Assembly (NCBI GenBank): GCA_040752695.1 | Contig: JBFMGO010000003.1 | Span: 47,407-111,406, forward strand | DNA: 64,000 nt | DNA from: a bacterium | GTDB taxonomy: Bacteria; SZUA-182; DTGQ01 | Direction of reading: 5' to 3' | Notes under the pieces: model-generated | Database searches by the model: none | What the model was told of the DNA's origin: nothing | Seen by the model: only the letters and a program-made list of their open reading frames with translations | Program-made: the position numbers and the translations under genes | Shown: piece by piece, positions 19,422 through 29,141 of the stretch | Layout of the letters: each line of letters opens with the position of its first letter | Position numbering within the stretch: position 1 is the stretch's first letter

Positions 19422-19599
19422 ATTTTTATTCCTCTAAAAAGCAATAAGCTCCTGTCAAGATGAACAAACACCGGTAATTCCGGAAAAACCATTCCCGGTT
19501 TACCGAAGGAACATTTTCCCATGCTTCGGGCCAGGGGTTTCCCTGGCTTTTATTCGAATTGCACATCGGATTATAAAATTATTGCCGGGAGGTTAAACG

Positions 19600-20448
19600 A
19601 TGAAATTCAGGTGCAGGATATGCGGCTATATCTACGATGAAGAAAAAGAAGGCCAAAAATGGGGTGAGCTTCCCGGAAACTGGGTATGCCCTGAATGTGG
19701 TGCTCCGAAGGAGCAATTTGAAGAACTGAATGAAAGCCGGTTCATGAGCAGCATCCTGGGCATCAAGGACGAGACTCCTGACGTAAAGACATTCCGCATA
19801 GAGAAGCCAAAGGATTTCAGTTTCATTTCAGGCCAGTTTTGTTTAGTGTCTTTTGTCAACAACGCCGGTTATCCCGGCGGTGCAAAGCCTTTCACTTTCA
19901 GTAACTCTCCGACTGACGGATACCTTGAGCTTACCATCAAGGAAATGGGCATTTTTACCAAGGCGTTGTTTTCGCTTGCGGCCGGTGACAAACTTTGGAT
20001 CGACGGCCCGAGGGGAAATGCGCATACGTTTGATGAATCGGTGAAGAAGAATGTCGTTTTTGTCGCCGGCGGGTCAGGGATAACCCCCTTCATGAGTGCT
20101 CTTCGATATGCGGTAGTGAAAAAGCTTGCCAACAGGTTTACCTTATTTTTCGGAAACCAGAGCGTGAAAGACATCATCTATAAAGAAGAAATGGACCGGA
20201 TGGTAGAAAATAACGGGAACATCAAAATCATCCATTGTATTTCACGCGATGATCCGCAATGGCATGGAGAACATGGGTATATTGACAAGGGAAAGATATT
20301 GAAGTACATCCATGGACCTGAAGATAAGCTCTGGTATTTATGCGGCCCGCCTCCCATGACCAGATCGATAAGGAGTATTCTGGCCGAAATTGGCATCGAA
20401 GAAGGCAATATCAGATTTGACAAGTGGGAAATACCTGGTAAAAGTTGA
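19600..20448 (+). CDS. Rubredoxin fused to FNR-like FAD/NAD(P)-binding oxidoreductase
   Basis: CRICGYIYD...WVCPECGAPK; then GQF, GPRG, FVAGGSGITPF, YLCGPPPM. Confidence 0.9.
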   Translation: MKFRCRICGYIYDEEKEGQKWGELPGNWVCPECGAPKEQFEELNESRFMSSILGIKDETPDVKTFRIEKPKDFSFISGQFCLVSFVNNAGYPGGAKPFTFSNSPTDGYLELTIKEMGIFTKALFSLAAGDKLWIDGPRGNAHTFDESVKKNVVFVAGGSGITPFMSALRYAVVKKLANRFTLFFGNQSVKDIIYKEEMDRMVENNGNIKIIHCISRDDPQWHGEHGYIDKGKILKYIHGPEDKLWYLCGPPPMTRSIRSILAEIGIEEGNIRFDKWEIPGKS

Positions 20449-20503
20449 TTACCTATAAAAGTCGAATACCCATCATCGGGCATTCCTTAAGGAGGATAGA
20501 AAA

Positions 20504-21019
20504 ATGATAAAACTTTGGAGATGTAGTATCTGTGCAGATCCTTATATAGGTGAAGAACCGCCTTCAAGATGCCCTTTTTGCGGCGCACAGAGTAAATACA
20601 TCAAAGAGGCGAAAAGTGTCAGGGCCGACTTTGATGTCGAACTGAATGAGAAAGACAGGGCAAATGCAGAGTACGCATTGCAGGTTGAAATAAGCAATTC
20701 TGCATTCTATTTCTGTGCTGCCAGAAAAACTGATGACTCCGAAGGAAGGCTTCTTTTCAAGGCGCTGGGCAAAGTCGAAGCCGAGCATGCAAGTGTATGG
20801 AAAAAGATACTGAAAATTGACACTATTCCTCAGGCAAACGATTCTTGTCACACACTGAATAAGGAAAACCTTGAAGAATCGCATGCACGGGAAACACGAG
20901 CTATCGAGTTTTATAAAAAGGCAGCGGCAGAGTCTGAAAATCAGAGAGTTAAACAGATTTTTGAGGCATTCACAGAAGTGGAAACCGACCACTTGAGGCT
21001 TTCAGAAGACAGGCTGTAA
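20504..21019 (+). CDS. Rubredoxin-like domain + ferritin-like di-iron domain (reverse-rubrerythrin-like)
   Basis: WRCSIC...CPFCG; EAEH and ETDH ExxH ligands. Confidence 0.85.
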   Translation: MIKLWRCSICADPYIGEEPPSRCPFCGAQSKYIKEAKSVRADFDVELNEKDRANAEYALQVEISNSAFYFCAARKTDDSEGRLLFKALGKVEAEHASVWKKILKIDTIPQANDSCHTLNKENLEESHARETRAIEFYKKAAAESENQRVKQIFEAFTEVETDHLRLSEDRL

Positions 21020-21036
21020 AAAGGAGGGGTTAGGAA

Positions 21037-21420
21037 ATGGCCAAGGTAAACGGGATTTATAAATGCATGATCTGTGGAAATGTCGTTTCTGTTATCGAGG
21101 CAGGTAAGGGGGAACTGGTCTGCTGCGGCAAGCCCATGGTTCTTTTTGAAGAGAAGACAAGAGAGCAGGAAGGCAGGGAGAAGCATGTTCCTGTGCTGGA
21201 AGCGATCGAGGGCGGTATCAGGGTCAAGGTGGGCTCCGTTTCTCATCCGATGGAAGAAAAACACTATATCGAAATGATCCAGCTTGTGAAGGATGGTGAA
21301 ATTGTGATGGGAAAAAGGCTGAAACCCGGTGCAGAACCGGTTGCCGAGTTCTGCCTTGCGAATACTGATGGTTTGAAGGCAAGGGCTTTGTGCAATGTTC
21401 ACGGGCTGTGGAAAAACTGA
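21037..21420 (+). CDS. dfx: Desulfoferrodoxin (2Fe superoxide reductase)
   Basis: YKCMICGN...LVCCGKPM, EKHVP, HPMEEKHYI, CNVHGLW. Confidence 0.95.
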   Translation: MAKVNGIYKCMICGNVVSVIEAGKGELVCCGKPMVLFEEKTREQEGREKHVPVLEAIEGGIRVKVGSVSHPMEEKHYIEMIQLVKDGEIVMGKRLKPGAEPVAEFCLANTDGLKARALCNVHGLWKN

Positions 21421-21472
21421 CCCCTGACCATTTCATCCTGAGGATCACATATTAAAGGTACTTCAGGTACTT

Positions 21473-22330
21473 ATGATACATTTCAGAAAATACGGTAAGG
21501 CACCCTTTGATGTCGCTGTCGTTCACGGGGGGCCAGGTGCATGGGGAGAGATGGCGCAGGTTGCGAAAAACCTCTCATCTGTCCATGGTGTTTTGGAACC
21601 GCTTCAAACAGCGGATTCCCTCCAAGGACAGGTGGAAGAGCTCAGGACAGTCCTGCAAGAGAGCAGCGACCTGCCTGTAACCCTGACTGGTTATTCCTTT
21701 GGGGCGTGGCTCAGCTTTCTGGTTGCCGCTCACTATCCGTCGCTCGTCGGCAAACTCGTTCTCATCGCAAGCGGTCCTTTTGAAGAAAAATATGTGGCCA
21801 GGCTCCAGGAGACACGGTTAAGACGCCTCAGCGAGGAGGAAAGAAGAGAGTACCAATCCCTTATCCGGATTCTGGAGGCCCCGGCAGCTCAAGACAAGGG
21901 GCGGTTTCTGGCAAGGCTTGGCGCATTAGCGGCAAAGGCCGACGCCTACGATCCAGTCGACGACTATGATCCGGTCGGCGCCTGTGGTCCGGTCATGGAC
22001 GAGTCTACGGAATCCGGCGCTGGTGGTGATATTCAGGGGAATATCTTTCAAAAGGTGTGGGAGGATGCCGCGCAGTTGAGAAGGAGTGGAAATCTCCTCA
22101 AATTGGGAACACGTATCCACTGCCCTGTAGTGGCGATTCATGGTGATTATGATCCCCATCCGGCTGAAGGGGTCAGAAATCCCCTTGCCGCCATTTTAAA
22201 GGATTTTCGCCTCATCCTGCTCAGAAATTGCGGGCATAAACCCTGGCTCGAACAGCAGGCAAAGGATGATTTCTATAGAGTCCTCGTCCAGGAACTGCCG
22301 GGATTCGATAGCTCACAAGATTGGGGATAG
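21473..22330 (+). CDS. Alpha/beta hydrolase
   Basis: HGGPG, GYSFG nucleophile elbow, HGDYD, CGH. Confidence 0.9.
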   Translation: MIHFRKYGKAPFDVAVVHGGPGAWGEMAQVAKNLSSVHGVLEPLQTADSLQGQVEELRTVLQESSDLPVTLTGYSFGAWLSFLVAAHYPSLVGKLVLIASGPFEEKYVARLQETRLRRLSEEERREYQSLIRILEAPAAQDKGRFLARLGALAAKADAYDPVDDYDPVGACGPVMDESTESGAGGDIQGNIFQKVWEDAAQLRRSGNLLKLGTRIHCPVVAIHGDYDPHPAEGVRNPLAAILKDFRLILLRNCGHKPWLEQQAKDDFYRVLVQELPGFDSSQDWG

Positions 22331-22531
22331 CGCGGATACCCGACCGAATATACATCCTTAGAGACTGCCATGAATGAGGAAAAGGTATGAGGACTGCCAC
22401 GGTATCACGGCGTTAAGCTGCCCCACACCTTGGTGTCCAAAAACATTTCTTCAAATGAAGCAGCAACCTGTAAAGCGAAGGCTTGGCAATATCATTCTTC
22501 GCCTTACAGGTTAAAATCACGGGCAGTGTTT

Positions 22532-22855
22532 TCAGGATTCCAGAAATGGGCGTATTTTATCTTCAATAAAACTTTTGGGGACATTACCAACGATCTGCTC
22601 CTTTTTCTCCCCTTTTTGAAAGACCACCAATGTTGGAATGCTCATGATCTGATACGTTGCCGTCGTTTTGGGATTGATATCGATATTGAGTTTGCCCACC
22701 TTCAGCCTTCCCGCGTACTCCTCCGCAAGTTCCGATACTGTGGAGGCAATGGCTCGACAGGGCATGCACCACTCAGCCCAAAAATCCACCAGAACCGGTA
22801 TTTCCGACTCCAGGACTTCTTTCCCGAAATTCTCGTCATTCAATTGTATTTCCAT
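22532..22855 (-). CDS. trxA: Thioredoxin
   Basis: VDFWAEWCMPC, SIPT. Confidence 0.95.
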   Translation of the reverse strand: MEIQLNDENFGKEVLESEIPVLVDFWAEWCMPCRAIASTVSELAEEYAGRLKVGKLNIDINPKTTATYQIMSIPTLVVFQKGEKKEQIVGNVPKSFIEDKIRPFLES

Positions 22856-23119
22856 GGTATCGTTCCCCTTTCCTTAGAATAAATTCCCTTTATGCTATCC
22901 TTGGAAAACCAAGCAAACCTGAATAAATCTTCCGTACGATAACTGAGCAAAGCTATCCACCTCTTGCACGAATTGCACGAATCTCATGAACGGCAAGGCA
23001 AGAGCAGTACATAAATAACGAGCCTCCTGTTCAGGAGATCTATTTCAAGTCCTCTTTTTCTCTTCGATAGTATGTTCGTCAACCTTGGGAATTTTTTATG
23101 ATTTACTACGAAGACTTTG

Positions 23120-25186
23120 TCAATAGATGAATATGCCTTTTTGAAAAGGAGTACTCGTAATAGTCGGCCACAGGAGGCCGAAGTTATATGCGATATATGG
23201 CGAATAAAGTATATCATATATGTTGTTTGTTGTCTGGCTGCTGCCCGGGGTGATGAACGGCATTTGCTGCGAATAGGTCAAGGTGCTGCTTGCTCCGGCA
23301 GCGGGAGCAAAAGAATTGCCTGAAGAAAGAACAAATTCAGGGAAGGAATAATTCGCTGCTGCCAGCCGGGCAGATGGATCAGACAAGGTTTGATTCAAGG
23401 TTCCATACGATAGTAAACCGTTGCCTGCCAGAGCGGCAAGAAAATTCTGACTGCCACTGAGCCGCACGCCCGCCCCGCTCAAGCTTGCCTGTTGTATGCC
23501 GCCGATAATGGAGGAGGGATAATAGCCATTCGAGCCTCCGGCGATAAGGCTGCCGGTATTGATGATTGAAGCGAGACTGTTGGCGGTCCTGTTGGTCGAA
23601 GCATTCCTGCTGATAGAAGCGGTCCTGTTGATAGAAGCGCCAGCTATGGCATTGATCAGAGGGATATTGATATCGTTGATGAAAGGGATCGCGATACCGG
23701 TGATTAAAGGGGCGGCGATACCGGTGTAAGCCGATGATGCCATGCCGATTCCTGCGGGGTAGAGCGCCTGTGACCAGAGGGAAGCAGGCTGGAAGGCCAT
23801 TGAAAAGGGGGAAAGAAATCCCTGGGTTACGGCCAGTGGCGGACTGAGGAGAGCATCCACGGCCAGTAAGGCTTCATAAGGGTTGAGCACTCCAGATCCA
23901 TAATACGGGTCCCATCCCGGAGTGCCCATGTCAATGCTTGTGTTTTCCATTATTTGTCTGGTCTGGGCCGCCGAAAGCTTTCCGCCGCCTCTTGATAAAA
24001 CCAGTGCCGCCACCCCTGTTGCATAAGCGCAGGCACTGGAAGTTCCTTCAGCATAATAAAAATCAAACCTCCGGAAGTTCCTTCCATCATGAGTCTGCTG
24101 ATAAATGCCATCCGGATTTCCATCCCCGTCAAGATCCAGTGAAAGGTCCCCGCCCGGCGCGGCCAGATCGACATCAGGTCCATAATTCGAATAGACGGAT
24201 GCAAACTGGTTATCATACCCTACGGCTGTTACGGATATGGCGCTTGGATAGGAAGACGGATAATGAGGCAGTTCGGTGGCCTCGTTGCCTGCCGAGCAGA
24301 TAACCAATACCCCATGATCCACGGCGTAATTGATGGCCTCTTCCTCAGTAGCCGAAGGATCGACAATTGACCCATAGCTCATATTGATAATCTGAGCGCC
24401 GTTATTGACCGCATAATAGATACCGTCAACGATGGTGGCAACATCCCCTGAGCCCGTATCGTCCAGCACCTTGATGGGCATGAGAGAGCATTGAAAGGCA
24501 ACTCCTGCTCCGCCAGTGAGATTATTGGTGGATTGAGCGATAATACCGGCGATATGGGTGCCATGGCGGTTATCATCGTTCGGATGGGAATCATTATTGA
24601 CAAAGTCCCAGCCGGGGATGAAATATGTGTTGGCCAGATCCGGGGCCTGAGCGAATTTTGAGTAGTTTTCATAGGCAATACCCGTATCGAGTACAGCTAC
24701 GATAACGTTTTGTCCGGTGGACAGATCCCAGGCCAGGGGAAGGCCATTGGCATGCAAATGCCACTGGAGACCATAGAGCGGGTCATTGGGAATGAACTCC
24801 TCAGTCCTCCTGATAAAATTCGCTTCTGCAAAGGCAACGCCAGGCTCCTGCCGCAGTGCCTGGACCAGGTCACCGGCGACCGTAGCCGTAACCCGCTGCA
24901 GGCCGCTGTAAGGACTGCTGGAGACCTGCCTCAGAGCATATCGCTGACTGAGACCGGCTATGAGAGCAGGTGGCGTCCCCGCTTTGAATTTAATCAGGAT
25001 CTCTCCGGGTCGGCAGTTCGGAGCGGGAAGTGAAGGAAACGGGAAGAATCCCGCCAGAGGATAAAGAGCACCCTCGGCCGGATTATGAAACAGAAGACTT
25101 AAAATTGTTAAAAAAAAATACGTGGCAGTAATAACCTTGAGCAATAAAGGCGGGTGCGTAGCCTGCATGAACATTCCTTTCCACAA
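23120..25186 (-). CDS. Secreted S8 (subtilisin) serine peptidase with long low-complexity C-terminal tail
   Basis: Signal peptide, pro-domain, VAVLDTG, HGTHIAG, SAGN, GTSSA. Confidence 0.92.
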   Translation of the reverse strand: MWKGMFMQATHPPLLLKVITATYFFLTILSLLFHNPAEGALYPLAGFFPFPSLPAPNCRPGEILIKFKAGTPPALIAGLSQRYALRQVSSSPYSGLQRVTATVAGDLVQALRQEPGVAFAEANFIRRTEEFIPNDPLYGLQWHLHANGLPLAWDLSTGQNVIVAVLDTGIAYENYSKFAQAPDLANTYFIPGWDFVNNDSHPNDDNRHGTHIAGIIAQSTNNLTGGAGVAFQCSLMPIKVLDDTGSGDVATIVDGIYYAVNNGAQIINMSYGSIVDPSATEEEAINYAVDHGVLVICSAGNEATELPHYPSSYPSAISVTAVGYDNQFASVYSNYGPDVDLAAPGGDLSLDLDGDGNPDGIYQQTHDGRNFRRFDFYYAEGTSSACAYATGVAALVLSRGGGKLSAAQTRQIMENTSIDMGTPGWDPYYGSGVLNPYEALLAVDALLSPPLAVTQGFLSPFSMAFQPASLWSQALYPAGIGMASSAYTGIAAPLITGIAIPFINDINIPLINAIAGASINRTASISRNASTNRTANSLASIINTGSLIAGGSNGYYPSSIIGGIQQASLSGAGVRLSGSQNFLAALAGNGLLSYGTLNQTLSDPSARLAAANYSFPEFVLSSGNSFAPAAGASSTLTYSQQMPFITPGSSQTTNNIYDILYSPYIAYNFGLLWPTITSTPFQKGIFIY

Positions 25187-25325
25187 GAGAATTTGCTAAC
25201 CAAAACATGATCCTTGGAGTAAACACCTCTCTATCGCTCTCTTTCTCAACCATTGTAGATTTACTAAATACAGATGTAGATTTACCAAATACAGATTATA
25301 GAGATTTACAGTATTCCTGTAAGAA

Positions 25326-25340
25326 GCAAAAAGTGTGCCT
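25326..25340 (-). promoter_or_regulatory. Putative sigma54 promoter of the S8 peptidase
   Basis: AGGCACACTTTTTGC (GG-N10-GC). Confidence 0.55.
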
Positions 25341-25445
25341 GCTTTTACAGGCACACGAAGGGATGGCAGGCTGGTTTACTGATTAAGGCGAGGTATTAAA
25401 AAAACTGCTATTCTCTAATATGCAAAAAGCCCTTAACCGACAAGG

Positions 25446-27017
25446 TTAAAAAGTATAATTGACCAACAAGGATAAAGCGCTTTCATCAAGGAGCCGGTAT
25501 TCTGCAGTTAACTTGATATTTTCTCTCCAGTTATAACCGGTGCCGAGCCGGCATCCGAATTGGTTTTTTTCATCGAAATCCGCTGTTACATCAGGATTCG
25601 ACAGTTTAAGACTTCCTGAAGATTTGGCGTATAAAAGACCCAGATAAGGAGAAAACTTGCTGAATCCCTGATAGACAGTATCTGCCGCCAGATGATATTC
25701 CGTTACTTCGGCAGTGGCGGAAACGTTATTACCCGAATTGTTACCTTCACCCTTGGAAGAGTAGCTCAAAAAATCCATGTTGATGGTGAGTCCCAGGGGA
25801 GCTTGAGGGAGATTATAAATACTCGAAGAGACTCCGATACCGTAAGCAAATGCAGCGGCTTTTTCAAACTTAACAGCCGGACCCATGTCTATGTTATCAT
25901 CGAATCCCATGCTTACCGAGCCAAGGTTGAGATAGACTTGCGTGTTGTTCAAGAATCCGGGCACATATCCAACCTGAACAACGGATCGCTTGGAAGTCAT
26001 GGTATTATCACCAGCGTTATTGGAAAAGGCCACCTTTTTCTGGGTAACCAGCTTATTGTTAAGGCATAGACGGAAATTTTTCGCTCTGCTGTCAGCTCTT
26101 GCCGTATCGACAGTTTCTGACTCTTCAGAGGATCCTCCGATCGAGTTATAGAGCTTTTTGGGGTAGGAAATGAGCTTGGCTAATGAAGACCTGAAGATGC
26201 CCGGCTTGCCCTCCTCCGGTGCGGCAGGCTCAGAGGGCTTTGCCGCTTTGGATCCTTCCTGATCAGCCTTTTGGGCAACCTTTTCCCCTTCTTTCTCAGC
26301 GGTGAGTATGGCCAGATTCTTCTTGGCAGTTTCCTGGTCAGGGGCTATTTTTAAAACCTTCTGGTATTCGTTTTTGGCCTCAGCATCCATATTCAGGCGT
26401 TCGTAAAGAGCAGCCAGTTGCAAATATGCATCCACCATCCGGGGATCAAGCTGGCAGGCCTTCTGGTATTCGGGGATAGCTTTACTCGCCTTGCCTCTCA
26501 GATCGTAACAAAGCGCCATATTGTAATGCAGTTCCGGATCATCAGGAAAAATGTTCAAAGCCTCCTGGTAACGCTCCATGGCCAGATCATATTTTCTTTG
26601 AAGGCTATAGACAACCGCCAGGTTAAAAACCGCCCCGTAGGATTCGGGATTGATTTTGAGGGCCGCACGATAGCCCTCCACAGCGTCATCGAGGTGACCC
26701 ATCCTTTGTTCAGCCAGGGCAAGGTAATAATAGGCGTCTGCGCTTCGCGGATCCAGGATCAATGCCTTTTTGAACTCCATAATAGCATCCTCATCGGCAT
26801 GGTCTTGCAGTTTCGCAATTCCTGCCTGAAGGTGAGATTTCGCATCGTTTTCCCAGGCCGCCCCTTGCTGCGGGCCGCTCTCCTTTTGCTTGACATTCTG
26901 GCCTGCGGCAGTTTCAGCAGGACTCGTTTTCTCGGGATGTAAAAGTCTTTTCCCCAATGAGCAGGAAACAAAGAAGATTAAAGTCAGGAACAATGGAACC
27001 AGTTTTAGCCTTTTCAT
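25446..27017 (-). CDS. Lipoprotein with TPR repeats fused to a C-terminal outer-membrane beta-barrel-like domain
   Basis: Lipobox FVSC, about 5 TPRs, linker, amphipathic strands ending VNYTF. Confidence 0.78.
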   Translation of the reverse strand: MKRLKLVPLFLTLIFFVSCSLGKRLLHPEKTSPAETAAGQNVKQKESGPQQGAAWENDAKSHLQAGIAKLQDHADEDAIMEFKKALILDPRSADAYYYLALAEQRMGHLDDAVEGYRAALKINPESYGAVFNLAVVYSLQRKYDLAMERYQEALNIFPDDPELHYNMALCYDLRGKASKAIPEYQKACQLDPRMVDAYLQLAALYERLNMDAEAKNEYQKVLKIAPDQETAKKNLAILTAEKEGEKVAQKADQEGSKAAKPSEPAAPEEGKPGIFRSSLAKLISYPKKLYNSIGGSSEESETVDTARADSRAKNFRLCLNNKLVTQKKVAFSNNAGDNTMTSKRSVVQVGYVPGFLNNTQVYLNLGSVSMGFDDNIDMGPAVKFEKAAAFAYGIGVSSSIYNLPQAPLGLTINMDFLSYSSKGEGNNSGNNVSATAEVTEYHLAADTVYQGFSKFSPYLGLLYAKSSGSLKLSNPDVTADFDEKNQFGCRLGTGYNWRENIKLTAEYRLLDESALSLLVNYTF

Positions 27018-27242
27018 AAAAACCCCCTGAAGGATGCAGCAATAATCGCGACTTAAGGCGATGATGTGTTAAGATCAGTAAAGATATTATACAAACATGG
27101 ATGGTTTTCCATTTTATTACCTTCTGGATTTTTTATCAAGGAAAAAATTTCAAAAGCTCCATTGCCTGAACCCGCTGATGAAAGACGGGAATATCTGACA
27201 AAAAAGGAATAGATAGGGGTTGACTTTTTCCGGAATTCCAGT

Positions 27243-27267
27243 AATAATGAATTATATATTCATTATT
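27243..27267. promoter_or_regulatory. Putative TetR operator overlapping the tetR promoter
   Basis: AATAATGAAT-TATAT-ATTCATTATT palindrome downstream of TTGACT (27220). Confidence 0.7.
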
Positions 27268-27380
27268 CATGACTCATTAATCATTATTCGTGTCTGACCA
27301 GGAAGTCATTTTGTCTATGGCCCTGTTCTAAGGAGCTATTCCGGCTATGATACATGTTCAAAGGAGTCGTCCCGGCTATT

Positions 27381-27998
27381 ATGGTCCAGATCCTGAAGGA
27401 TGAGATTAAAGACGCGATTACCGCAGCGGCTTTAAAAATCTTTTTAAAAATGGGATTCAAGAAGGCAACCATTGCCAAGATCGCTCAGGAGGCTGATATT
27501 TCCACGGGGAACATTTACCGGTATTTTAAAAATAAAAATGACCTCTTCTCCTCGATCATATCTCCCGACTTTGTACACAATCTAAGAACGCTTCTGAAAT
27601 CGAGGATGGAAGCTGTGAGTGGGGTTTCGGATATCAATACCCTCAAGAAAGATGCTGCTTACTTTAAAATTTCAGATGAACTTTTAGCCCTCTGTTTAAG
27701 GAATAAGGAAAAAACTATCATCCTTTTTGATAGATCACAGGGGACCCAGTATGAGGGATTTTCCATGGAAACGGTAAGCATGATGGTGGAGCTGGCAGTA
27801 AAACATGCCAAAAGTGTCAACAGCAACTTTGTCTTAACAGAAGAAAAAAGAGCTGTTTTATTATTAATATATAAATCCTTCCTGAGAAATATCATAGAAA
27901 TATTGGCTACGTATGAGGATACTGACAAGATCACATCAATCTTGAGCAATTATACTGCTTACCACCTGGCAGGGCTTAAAAGGTATTTTTCCGGGTAA
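27381..27998 (+). CDS. TetR/AcrR family transcriptional regulator
   Basis: GFKKATIAKIAQEADISTGNIYRYFKNK HTH; start placed at ATG 27381. Confidence 0.92.
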   Translation: MVQILKDEIKDAITAAALKIFLKMGFKKATIAKIAQEADISTGNIYRYFKNKNDLFSSIISPDFVHNLRTLLKSRMEAVSGVSDINTLKKDAAYFKISDELLALCLRNKEKTIILFDRSQGTQYEGFSMETVSMMVELAVKHAKSVNSNFVLTEEKRAVLLLIYKSFLRNIIEILATYEDTDKITSILSNYTAYHLAGLKRYFSG

Positions 27999-28015
27999 AT
28001 TTTTTTTGCTTTAAA

Positions 28016-28034
28016 AATGAATATATAATTCATT
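28016..28034. promoter_or_regulatory. Second copy of the putative TetR operator
   Basis: aatgaatatataattcatt, the exact reverse complement of 27246-27264. Confidence 0.7.
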
Positions 28035-28084
28035 AATGGATTCATTCTTACTGCTCTTTCTTTTTACTATCGGAGGGAAAAACC

Positions 28085-28957
28085 ATGAAGAAAACCATGC
28101 GAGAAACTATGAAAGAAGCTGTGCAAGAAACCAGACAAGAAACTATGAAAAAAACCATGAGCGATCCAATGGAAGCGACGCCAATTACCCAAGTTGTCAA
28201 CTACCTGCAATGCCCTCAAACAGCGAGTGAGCTGAGTATCAGGGGTAATCATCTTGAGAACCTGCGGGGAGATACGTATCCGGTAAGCGACGGAATTATC
28301 GATTTCATTGGAGACGATGGGCAAACGGTGGATGACTCCTACGATGAGATTTCAGAAGAAAAGTATAATAACTGGGTCAGGAGCAAGTTCATCATGAGAT
28401 TGGTCTGGGGAGTTAATCTCGATAAAATTCCTAAAATCAAAGACGAAGTTTCAGGTTTTACCCGTGACGTTCTTCTCGATATCCCCTGTGGAACAGGCAT
28501 CATGAGCGTGGAAGCTTACAAGGCCTTACCAGACAGCATATTTTTAGCAATTGATTATTCCCGTTCGATGCTGGACATTACCAGGCGTCTTTGCAAAAGG
28601 CTGAAAATCGGAAATGTCGTATTTATCCGGGCAGATGTAGCTTCTTTGCCAATAAAAGACAATACCGTTTCGGCCTGCATATCGCTGAACGGTTTTCATG
28701 CTTTTGCATCTCCCCGCATAGCAGCAAAAGAGCTGGGCCGCTGCACGAGGAAGAGAGGAAAGCTTCTGATGGTTGTCTCCTGCACAGGAGAAAGATTCAT
28801 TTCGGATTTCATGATAAAACACTTTATGATTCCGAGGGGATACTTCCACAACGCCCTCCCCTCTTCTCACTACGAGGAGTATTTGCACATGGCTGGCTTT
28901 TCCGAAATCTCGTCTGAAATGATGGGAGCATCGATGATTGCGAGGTGTTATAAATGA
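28085..28957 (+). CDS. Class I SAM-dependent methyltransferase
   Basis: LLDIPCGTG, AIDYS, RADVASLP; N-terminal 12-bp tandem repeat. Confidence 0.88.
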   Translation: MKKTMRETMKEAVQETRQETMKKTMSDPMEATPITQVVNYLQCPQTASELSIRGNHLENLRGDTYPVSDGIIDFIGDDGQTVDDSYDEISEEKYNNWVRSKFIMRLVWGVNLDKIPKIKDEVSGFTRDVLLDIPCGTGIMSVEAYKALPDSIFLAIDYSRSMLDITRRLCKRLKIGNVVFIRADVASLPIKDNTVSACISLNGFHAFASPRIAAKELGRCTRKRGKLLMVVSCTGERFISDFMIKHFMIPRGYFHNALPSSHYEEYLHMAGFSEISSEMMGASMIARCYK

Positions 28958-29141
28958 AGCCGCTTCTGTTTTCTCATAACAGCTAACAGCGCACGGGAAC
29001 TGCCCGGGAGCCAGTTTGCCCTGCTCTGAATCCTCTCCCCCGTCACCTCACACAGCCCTCTCTCTTAAAAATGGGGCGAGGGCTTGAGGTAAGGGACCTT
29101 TTCGGACAGACTGAATAATGAGCAGCCTGATGTCTTTGGAG

